A stretch of 24,702 bases of DNA, counting the filler, from an uncultured bacterium (GTDB lineage Bacteria; CAYUVA01): NCBI GenBank assembly GCA_964448115.1. It is 6 parts of 6 records of this genome, joined end to end, with 100 filler letters (N's around TTAATTAATTAA, not from the genome) between each part and the next. Parts side by side here need not be neighbours in the genome. Positions count along the whole stretch, not along the records: positions 11,035 to 16,119 come from CAYUVA010000079.1; positions 16,220 to 19,585 come from CAYUVA010000083.1; positions 19,686 to 22,374 come from CAYUVA010000085.1; positions 22,475 to 24,702 come from CAYUVA010000086.1; 2 more parts are not named here. The stretch is one strand, 5' to 3'. Position numbers and translations under genes: made by a program. Below are positions 15,860-23,534 of this stretch, piece after piece. Position 1 is the first letter of the stretch. The number at the start of each line of letters is the position of its first letter. The notes under the pieces were generated by a model. That model was not told the origin of the DNA, searched no databases, and saw only the letters and a list, made by a program, of their open reading frames with translations.

Positions 15860-16096
15860 TTGAATCCACAGGCTGATATACCTCGGCTAGTCCGTGAGCT
15901 TCGGGAACGAACGGGACTCACGCAGGAGAAATTCGCGGCAAAGCTCGGCGTCACCTTCCCCACAATCAACCGTTGGGAGAACGGACGAGCGAAACCGTCA
16001 CCGCTGGCGCTGAAACAGATCGAGGATCTGCTTCGTGACCTGGGTGAACGAGGCAACGACCTTTTACAGGAATACTTTGGCGGAGAGGAGATCTGA
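15860..16096 (+). CDS. XRE-family HTH transcriptional regulator (possible RM controller protein)
   Basis: VRELRERTGLTQEKFAAKLGVTFPTINRWENGRAKP. TTG start at 15860 after a GGGGGAAG RBS (alternative ATG 15803). Confidence 0.9.
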   Translation: MNPQADIPRLVRELRERTGLTQEKFAAKLGVTFPTINRWENGRAKPSPLALKQIEDLLRDLGERGNDLLQEYFGGEEI

Positions 16097-16097
16097 T

Positions 16098-16119
16098 ATG
16101 GCCAAGAACAACAACGGAG
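16098..16119 (+). CDS. Start of a downstream gene (MAKNNNG..), possibly type I RM HsdM
   Basis: GAGGAG RBS at 16085-16090 and ATG 16098. MAKNNNG resembles HsdM N-termini (..NGANLGFE..), but only 7 codons are visible. Confidence 0.35.
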
Positions 16120-16219
16120 NNNNNNNNNNNNNNNNNNNNNNNNNNNNNNNNNNNNNNNNNNNNTTAATTAATTAANNNNNNNNNNNNNNNNNNNNNNNNN
16201 NNNNNNNNNNNNNNNNNNN
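16120..16219. other. Artificial contig linker
   Basis: N-run + TTAATTAATTAA + N-run. Confidence 0.99.
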
Positions 16220-16381
16220 GAGTAAAAATTTGCTACTGCGATCCGATCACTTGCCGTATAACTTACTGATTTTACTGCACTTTTCAAAAATCCGAGAACC
16301 TAAAAGTTACAACTTATAACTATCTTGCGGTAAATACTTGAAAATTAGTTCTCGGATTTTTTGTCCTTGCGCTTCTCGGAT
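16220..16381 (-). promoter_or_regulatory. Probable CRISPR leader pointing leftwards (array expected beyond the contig end)
   Basis: AT-rich non-coding DNA next to cas1. IHF consensus WATCARNNNNTTR at 16259-16271 (minus, AATCAGTAAGTTA) and a near match at 16331-16343; repeated TTCTCGGAT motifs including a 14-bp inverted repeat 16286-16299/16348-16361. Confidence 0.65.
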
Positions 16382-16428
16382 TACCATGATATGAATAACC
16401 TGTCTTACCTTGAAAAGGAGGGTGAACT

Positions 16429-19239
16429 ATGTTTGAAGAGTTCCCGCATCTAACTGATTTCAAATACTATTTTGTCTCTTTTACCCTGCGTATTCACCAT
16501 CGCTTCACGCCTCACTTCTATCATGGTGGGGCAATACATGGCTTCCTCAAGACTTTTCTAATTTCCGACAACCTATTCGACCTGATCCATATCCATCCTC
16601 AGGATACCGGGGTGCCCTCCTTCGGTTCTGGTGAATTCTTTCGATTTAGCCTTGCGGTTGCAGGTGATCAAACGAGCTATCCCTTTATCCGAGAGCTTAT
16701 GCTCCAGGGACAAGATCCAGGCTATTTCAAGGAGACCGATATCCTCGGCGGGAATTACGAGCTTATCGAAATAAGGGATCTTGCAGTCGGCAAGGCGCTC
16801 GATGAAGGGGAGATGCCGACTGTGCTTGATGCAGGTTTTCTAGCAGCCGAATCCGAGAAGCTAGGGCAATATAAAAAGTTTACCCTGCATTTTGTCAATC
16901 CCTTACGAATTACAAGGCAAAAGCCTGAGAAACATCATTCCTTTTTTGATGAACATCACTTTGACATAGACCGATTCTTTAAGCTGCTCGGTCGCCGTAT
17001 AAAGGTGCTATGCGAGGAGCTTTATGATGCCAAACTCCATATTCCATTCGCCGAGCCTCCCGAGCTCGAGGTTGTACAGAATCAGCTATTCTGGATGGAT
17101 GCGCCGAATCCGAGATTCAAAAGCGGAGGCGCCATCGGGAGGGTAACTATCGCAGGCGACCTGCGCCTATGGCTTCCGGCCCTGATACTGGGGCAATTCT
17201 TCGGAGTCGGGCAGATGCTCGGTTACGGAATGGGGCACTACCGGATCCTAGGCGCATCCATCTTCGATATAGAAAGGTTCTGGCATCCTGACTGGATTAG
17301 TCGGATACTGGATACGGAGAACCTCCAAGGGGCTTATGATTACATCAAGAGCAAAAGCAAAGCCAGATATGATGAGATCAGCATCTCCAGGCTTGCAGAG
17401 CAGGTGCGAAGCGGCGAATATGCTCCATCTTCGCTCCAGGGACTAGTGTTAAAAAGCGATGGAAAAAAGCCTCGCTTTCTTGCTATCCCTAATATGAGCG
17501 ATCGCACATTGCAAAGAGCAGTGGTGCAGGTAGTTGGCTCCGCCATAGATAAGCTGTTACAGGATTCTTCTTATGGCTATCGACGTTACTATAGCCGCCA
17601 CGGCGCTGCACGGAGGCTCGACGAGCTTCGGGAGCAAGGGTACTCGTACGTTCTGGATGCAGATATACAGAGCTTCTTCGACAATGTTGACCTGGAGCTT
17701 CTCCTACTTCGATTTCATGCATATTTTCCCGATGATGACCTTTTAGAGCTGGTAAGGGGATGGCTTTTTGCGCCGGTCTGGTTCAATGATAGGCTGTTCA
17801 ACCGCAGCCTCGGTGTTCCCCAGGGGGCGCCGATATCGCCAATCATGGCAAACCTTTTTCTGGACAAGTTCGATGAGAAGGTGCAGGCTCTCGGTTTTCA
17901 ACTGGTCAGGTACGCTGACGACTTTCTAATACTGGCAAAGCGCAAAGAGCATATAGAGCAAGCAAAGATGCTCGCCGAGGAGTACCTCGAAGAACTTAGG
18001 CTGAAGCTGCACCCGGAAAAGACGGAAATAACCGACTTCGAGCGCGGTTTCCATTATCTTGGTTATCTTTTCTTGCGCTCACTGAAATTGGATGTTGGAG
18101 CCAGGAAGCACGAGGATACCTATCCGACTGAGGACGAGATCGAGGAGCTTGTCACTCGCAGTTGGCAGTGCATGCTGGCTGACCCACAACGAGAGTGGAG
18201 ACCGCTGGACAAGTATATGACAGAGCATCGTTACCGGGATAAAAGAAAGAAGCGACTCTTTTTGGATGGCGATGGCTTTTACTTAAAGACAAAGGGCGGT
18301 CTGCTTGAAGTTCGCCAGGGGCATGAACTGCTCGATGCCATGGAGTATAAACGAGTAGGAGAGATACATATCATCGGCAAGACCGGCTTTGCCGGCGCAA
18401 CCTTGAAAAGATGCCTGGCAGAGAAGATCCCGGTCTTTTTCTACGGCGATGACAGCGGTTACCTGGGCACCCTGCAAGCGAAGCATAACCTCGATCTAGT
18501 CGCATCATCCAACCTGTTCAGGATGTTATCATACGCAGACGAAGCGAGGGCAATCGAGCTTACAAGGGCTATAGTCCAAGCCAAACTTCATAACTCGCAG
18601 GTTACGCTTCGCAGGCAGCGCAATCCATTACTGTCAGACAATATAGACAATATAAAATCGTTGATTAAAAGGACGAAAAACGCGACCAGCATTGAAACGC
18701 TAAGAGGCTTGGAAGGCGAAGGGGCTGCTGTTTACTTCAAGGCAATCAGCAAGATCATACCTAGAGAGTTCGGCTTCACCCATCGCCAGATGCACCCATC
18801 GCCAGACCCGGTGAATGCGATGCTTTCATTCGGCTATACCATGTTATGCAACCAGGTCGCCGCGATGCTCCTGGCTCAAGGCATCCCAGTGCAGGCAGGC
18901 ATCATGCATACATCACCGCGAAACCCTGTGGCGCTAGCTAGCGACATGATGGAGGAGTTCCGCTTCCTGGTCGATCAGGTCGTTCTGCGCATAGTCCACC
19001 TGGGTCAAGTGAAGCCGGAGAACTTCTTGATCGATGATGAAAAACATGCCTGCTATCTCGATGATACAGCCAAGCGCGCTCTGATCGTGGCTTTCCAGGA
19101 GAAGCTCGACTCCGAGGTGAAGCTCAGCCCGCAAGATGAACCGCTCAAGTATCGAGAGATCATGTATGATCAGATTGATAGTTTCTCTGATTTTATACGA
19201 ACAGGACAAAGGAGTTATGCTCCATTCAGGATATACTGA
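16429..19239 (+). CDS. cas1: Cas6-reverse transcriptase-Cas1 fusion (type III-associated adaptation protein)
   Basis: RBS AAGGAGG 16415-16421. Cas6: FYHGGAIHG and G-loop GQFFGVGQMLGYGMGHY (17191-17241). RT: LAIPNMSDRTLQRA, SYGYR, DADIQSFFD, GVPQGAPISP, YADD (17911-17922), FHYLGY. Cas1: LRGLEGEGA, DPVNAMLSFGY, GIMH, LASDMMEEFR. Confidence 0.95.
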   Translation: MFEEFPHLTDFKYYFVSFTLRIHHRFTPHFYHGGAIHGFLKTFLISDNLFDLIHIHPQDTGVPSFGSGEFFRFSLAVAGDQTSYPFIRELMLQGQDPGYFKETDILGGNYELIEIRDLAVGKALDEGEMPTVLDAGFLAAESEKLGQYKKFTLHFVNPLRITRQKPEKHHSFFDEHHFDIDRFFKLLGRRIKVLCEELYDAKLHIPFAEPPELEVVQNQLFWMDAPNPRFKSGGAIGRVTIAGDLRLWLPALILGQFFGVGQMLGYGMGHYRILGASIFDIERFWHPDWISRILDTENLQGAYDYIKSKSKARYDEISISRLAEQVRSGEYAPSSLQGLVLKSDGKKPRFLAIPNMSDRTLQRAVVQVVGSAIDKLLQDSSYGYRRYYSRHGAARRLDELREQGYSYVLDADIQSFFDNVDLELLLLRFHAYFPDDDLLELVRGWLFAPVWFNDRLFNRSLGVPQGAPISPIMANLFLDKFDEKVQALGFQLVRYADDFLILAKRKEHIEQAKMLAEEYLEELRLKLHPEKTEITDFERGFHYLGYLFLRSLKLDVGARKHEDTYPTEDEIEELVTRSWQCMLADPQREWRPLDKYMTEHRYRDKRKKRLFLDGDGFYLKTKGGLLEVRQGHELLDAMEYKRVGEIHIIGKTGFAGATLKRCLAEKIPVFFYGDDSGYLGTLQAKHNLDLVASSNLFRMLSYADEARAIELTRAIVQAKLHNSQVTLRRQRNPLLSDNIDNIKSLIKRTKNATSIETLRGLEGEGAAVYFKAISKIIPREFGFTHRQMHPSPDPVNAMLSFGYTMLCNQVAAMLLAQGIPVQAGIMHTSPRNPVALASDMMEEFRFLVDQVVLRIVHLGQVKPENFLIDDEKHACYLDDTAKRALIVAFQEKLDSEVKLSPQDEPLKYREIMYDQIDSFSDFIRTGQRSYAPFRIY

Positions 19240-19547
19240 TGCTGACAATAGCTGTTTACAGGGTTCATGATCAAAACCGCAGGGCTAGATTGATTCGTTT
19301 CCTGAACAAGTATGGTGAAAGGCTGACTACGAATTGCCACCAACTGTGGTTCTCGGAAAAGGATAGGCTAAAGGTGTGCAATCGCATCACAGAGATACTC
19401 GATGGCGATGACTGGATAAGATTGTATAGGGTCTGCAAGCGCTGTATTAAGGGATCAATGGTGTATGGACAACTACCGCCACCAGTGGAGAAAGATGTGA
19501 TATTTTACTCATCCGAGAAGCGAAAGGACGAAAAATCCGAGAACTAA
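19239..19547 (+). CDS. cas2: CRISPR-associated Cas2, divergent
   Basis: TGATG coupling to cas1; 102 aa with Cas2 pattern IAVY..DQNRRARLIRFLNKYGERL..DWIRLYRVCKRC. The usual YD is YR. Confidence 0.8.
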   Translation: MLTIAVYRVHDQNRRARLIRFLNKYGERLTTNCHQLWFSEKDRLKVCNRITEILDGDDWIRLYRVCKRCIKGSMVYGQLPPPVEKDVIFYSSEKRKDEKSEN

Positions 19548-19585
19548 TTTTCAAGTATTTACCGCAAGATAGTTACAAGTTGTAA
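19511..19585 (+). repeat. Inverted copy of the leader-like segment 16307-16381 (second probable leader pointing rightwards)
   Basis: The reverse complement matches 16307-16381 at 72 of 75 nt, runs to the contig end and overlaps the last 37 nt of cas2. Confidence 0.95.
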
Positions 19586-19685
19586 NNNNNNNNNNNNNNN
19601 NNNNNNNNNNNNNNNNNNNNNNNNNNNNNTTAATTAATTAANNNNNNNNNNNNNNNNNNNNNNNNNNNNNNNNNNNNNNNNNNNN
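19586..19685. other. Artificial contig linker
   Basis: N-run + TTAATTAATTAA + N-run. Confidence 0.99.
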
Positions 19686-19820
19686 AAACGGAGAATCGGA
19701 GAGTTCGAAAGGGATATGCCTGGGTTGCACCTGCAACCGTGGGGGTTGCGGGTGCGAGCCAAGCGTTCGTTCTCGAACCGGAGAATGGGCTGCGATGTCC
19801 GCCACGGCGTAACCCCTTGC

Positions 19821-19863
19821 AAAAACGGGGGAAGCGGAGTTTCATGGCCCTCCGCTTCCCCCG
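19821..19863 (-). terminator. Intrinsic terminator downstream of tRNA-Asn
   Basis: 14-bp perfect stem cgggggaagcggag/ctccgcttcccccg (19826-19863) followed on the minus strand by TTTTT. Confidence 0.7.
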
Positions 19864-19909
19864 CTCTATCCGTTAACCACGGACCTCGAAAAGTCCGTAG
19901 GTTTTTATC

Positions 19910-19985
19910 TGGCTCCGCAGGAGGGACTCGAACCCCCGACCAAGTGGTTAACAGCCACCCGCTCTACCAACTGAGCTACTGCGGA
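19910..19985 (-). tRNA. tRNA-Asn (GTT)
   Basis: TCCGCAGTAGCTCAGTTGGTAGAGCGGGTGGCTGTTAACCACTTGGTCGGGGGTTCGAGTCCCTCCTGCGGAGCCA: 76 nt, cloverleaf, GTT anticodon, encoded CCA. Confidence 0.97.
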
Positions 19986-20000
19986 TCCAATTCGCTTTAC

Positions 20001-20029
20001 AATATAAGTCTCTATTCTAGCTTTGTCAA
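20001..20029 (-). promoter_or_regulatory. Sigma70 promoter of tRNA-Asn
   Basis: TTGACA-N17-TATATT, 15 nt upstream of the tRNA 5' end. Confidence 0.8.
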
Positions 20030-20165
20030 TATCTACACACGCCACCGACCATGTTCTTACTTGGCTTCCAATATAACAGAATCCCTACCCTGGACAAGTC
20101 CCGTTTGTTGATAGCTTCTCCTCGACTCTGTATGAGATCTACTTTGGCGCTGAGTATGTAGCAGA

Positions 20166-22374
20166 CTAGGTCTGTTGTTTGAGCAGGTCAAAGACCGCCT
20201 GGAGTGCATAATCGAGCTTTGAGGGATCTTTTCCACCGGCTTGAGCCATGTCTGGTCTCCCGCCTCCGCCTCCGCCGGTTAATTCGGCGACCTTTTTTAT
20301 GATGGTGCCAGCATGGAACCTGTTGGTCAAATCATCGGTTACGCCGGCAACCAGGTTGACCTTATTATCTAGCACGGATCCGAGCACGACAATGCCGCTC
20401 CCCAGTCGTCTCTTTAATTCATCAAGCGAGTTGCGCAAATTTGAGATATCAAGCTCATCCATACGCAGCGCCAACACCTTGATGCCATCGATTATCTTTG
20501 CTTCCTCAAGCGGATCGCCGGCTTTCATTGTTGCCAGGCGATTCTTGAGCGCATTTACCTGTTTTTCAAGCAGCTTGTTTTGCTCGATCAACCTGTGGAG
20601 TCTCTGCGGCAGTTCATCGCTTGTGGAGACCTTGAGCAGCTCTGCCATATCATCCATCAGCGCACGCATGCCCTGGATGCGCTTGATGGCGGTAAGAGAG
20701 GTTACCGCCTCCAATCTTCGAACCCCGGCGGAGATCGCCTCCTGGTGGGTGATGAGGAAAGCGCCTATCTCACCGGTTGCATCGACATGAGTCCCTCCGC
20801 ATAGCTCGCGGCTGAAGCCGCCGACATCGATCACCCGCACCTTGTCGCCATATTTCTCATCGAATAGTGCGGTTACGCTAGAGTCGAGTGCTTCCTGTAA
20901 CTGCATCCAGGTCTTTTTCACCGGATGATTCTCGCTGATGCGTTGATTTACAAGTCTCTCCACCTTCTCGATCTCACGATCGGAGAGCTTAGCGAAATGG
21001 GTGAAATCGAAGCGCAATCGATAAGGCTCCACCAGCGAACCGCTCTGCTTGACATGATCGCCGAGAACCTCTCTTAGCGCCCAATGCAGCAAATGCGTTG
21101 CCGTATGATTCCTCGCAATCAATGCCAATCTATTCGTATCCACCTTTGCGATCACCTGGTCACCAACTTTAGGTTGTTCTCCAACTAGCTTAGTGATATG
21201 CGCCCTTAAGCCCGGGTAGGGGATCACGGTATCGAGCACCATGCCGATTGTCTCTCCTGTCAGGCTTTGCAGCTCTCCAGTGTCCCCGACCTGCCCACCA
21301 GATTCTGCATAGAATGGTGTTTTATCCAAAAACACCAGGTATTCGTCTTTATTATATCTATCGCCCAGTTGAGTTCCATCGATAACATGGACGACCTTTG
21401 CCTTGTATTCACTTGTTTCATAGCCCAAGAATTCGTTATTTCCTACCTTTTGGAGGATATCCTTGAAGATTCTTATATCATCGGTATCCAATTGAGTTTC
21501 CCCCAGGGCGGCTCTCGCCCGCTCCACTTGCTTGCGCATCTGCTCATCAAATCCCTCGTAATCGACTGTTTTTCCGTGATCTCGTGCAATATCTGCGGTG
21601 AGATCCAGTGGAAAGCCATAGGTATCGTACAGCTTAAAGGCAATCTCGCCTGGTATGGTATTAAGTTTCTTCTTTTTAAGATCCTCAAGCACCTCATCAA
21701 GAATATTCATGCCTATTTTCAGGGTCTGATTGAAGCGTTCCTCCTCGTTGTATGTGATGTTGGCTATATGGTTTCGCGCCCTGTCTATCTCCGGGTAAAC
21801 ATCTTTGAAGGTATCAGCCACCACGCCGAGCGTCTTGTATAAGAACGGCTCTTGTAAGCCAAGCTCCCTGCCATATCGAAGCCCGCGCCTCATTATGCGC
21901 CGAAGCACATAGCCCCGGAACTCATTGGAGGGGAATACATCATCGGCAAGCAGGAATGCTGTGCATCGGGCATGATCCGCTATGACCCTGAAGGCTGGGT
22001 CGAGACGCGCATCTTTGCCATATTTCAGCCCGCTTAACTCCTCAACGAACCTAATGACAGGCAGCAGCAAGGAGCAATCAAAAACCGTATCCAACTCATT
22101 ATAAAGCAATTCGAGCCTCTCCAGTCCCATGCCGGTATCGATGCATGGCTTATCCAGCAGGTGCAACGAGCCATCTGATTGGCGATTATACTGCATAAAG
22201 ACCAGGTTCCACGCCTCGAAGTAGCGGTCGCAATCGCAGCCTACATCACAGGTTGGCTTTCCACAGGAATACTTTGCGCCGCGATCATAGATTATCTCAG
22301 AGCAAGGACCACACGGACCGGTATCAGCCATCTGCCAGAAATTATCCTTTTCTCCGAAGCGATAGATGCGCTCT
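20166..22374 (-). CDS. alaS: Alanine--tRNA ligase, 5' part cut by the contig end
   Basis: DNFWQMADTGPCGPCSEI, WNLVFMQY, IDTGMGLER, RVIADH, editing NHTATHLLH..ELCGGTH, C-terminal GGGGGRPDMAQAGG; frame open to 22374. Confidence 0.98.
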
Positions 22375-22474
22375 NNNNNNNNNNNNNNNNNNNNNNNNNN
22401 NNNNNNNNNNNNNNNNNNTTAATTAATTAANNNNNNNNNNNNNNNNNNNNNNNNNNNNNNNNNNNNNNNNNNNN
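22375..22474. other. Artificial contig linker
   Basis: N-run + TTAATTAATTAA + N-run. Confidence 0.99.
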
Positions 22475-22580
22475 ACCCCCTAGATTCCCCCCCCCGCCGA
22501 CCCAAAGACCCCGTTATCCCACATACCCTCAAGGCGAATGAGTTTTATACTCTAAAAAAAAAAAATCTTTACCATAGTGC

Positions 22581-23357
22581 TTAAATTACAATAATGGAGT
22601 CATCCTCTGCCAGGATAATTTCCCCGGTGAAATTATTTCTGGCATCCTTGAGCGGATCCTTTATGGTCTCCAGTTTCTCCCCCAGATGAACCAGTACTAG
22701 CCTCTTCGCCTTGCACTCAGAGGCAATACTTGCAGCCAGCTTGGGCGTCGAGTGCCCTACGGCAAGGCTATAATCATCCTGCTCATCTGGAAAGCTGGCT
22801 TCGTGCACCAGTAAATCCACCTGGTACGCCAGGCTAACCAGGTTCGCGGAGTAGCCGGTATCAGACGAGTAACCCAGGCTCTTTTCATCCGGCAAATCGA
22901 TGCGCAATCCAAAACAAGTCCTGCGATGCTCCACTGGGGTAAACGATATATGGCACCGGAGGGGGAGTCCAGATTCAATCGCGTGGACTAAAGGAACATC
23001 AATAAGGATAAGCTCAAAGGGCAAACTATCGGGCGTGATCTCGACTGCCTCCAGGAGGCTGAGCGAGGTCTGGATCCCCTCCCGGTGGCTGAGGAAAAAC
23101 AATGGTTTTTTTCTTTTCTTTAGCCTCAGGTAATGGAAAAGCGAGGGCAATCCATAGATATGATCCGGGTGAGTATGGGTGATCACCACTGCATCGATCT
23201 CCATCGGACTCAGCTCGTGCTTGAGCAGCTTGTGGACAGGAGATCCTCCACAGTCGATTAAGATCGATTCATTTTCACCATCCACTGCCAGGTATGTGCA
23301 GTCCCTTAGTTTAGTTGGAACCGCAGAAGATGAACCTAGGATATGCAGTTTGCTCAT
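22581..23357 (-). CDS. MBL-fold metallo-hydrolase, ribonuclease Z/BN-like
   Basis: ILGSSSAVP..R, LIDCG, THTHPDHIYG, YSSDT, LVHEASF, GHST, LVH; 258 aa, apparently without a long exosite arm. Confidence 0.85.
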   Translation of the reverse strand: MSKLHILGSSSAVPTKLRDCTYLAVDGENESILIDCGGSPVHKLLKHELSPMEIDAVVITHTHPDHIYGLPSLFHYLRLKKRKKPLFFLSHREGIQTSLSLLEAVEITPDSLPFELILIDVPLVHAIESGLPLRCHISFTPVEHRRTCFGLRIDLPDEKSLGYSSDTGYSANLVSLAYQVDLLVHEASFPDEQDDYSLAVGHSTPKLAASIASECKAKRLVLVHLGEKLETIKDPLKDARNNFTGEIILAEDDSIIVI

Positions 23358-23534
23358 AAATGAATATTCCTTTCCCTACGAGATAATGAACTTACCAGGC
23401 AATCATCGCCTGTTCAACTGCTGATTTAAATGGCTCATTTCATCGAAATATCAACTTGACAACTTTTGTTGTAAGATGCTAAATGCAGTCAACTTATTGA
23501 ACCTCCCTGTGGGACTTTTTCGGGGGATGACCAG

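Noticed and set aside
16429-19239. RT as a group II intron, retron or DGR
   Set aside because: It is fused in frame to Cas6 and Cas1 and followed by cas2. No intron domain V/VI, msr-msd or TR/VR pair with adenine-specific differences was seen.
19716-20111. 131-aa ORF
   Set aside because: Runs antisense across tRNA-Asn, its promoter and its terminator.
5513-22474. Five identical TTAATTAATTAA motifs within N-runs, and ORFs ending in X..LIN
   Set aside because: Artificial contig-joining linkers. They are not biological repeats, and cross-linker gene neighbourhoods (for example the cas module beside tRNA-Asn or the XRE gene) cannot be interpreted.
22475-22570. G/C homopolymer-rich contig edge, faintly like a tmRNA 5' end on the minus strand
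   Set aside because: Lacks the TTCGAC motif; low-complexity, probably low-quality terminal sequence.
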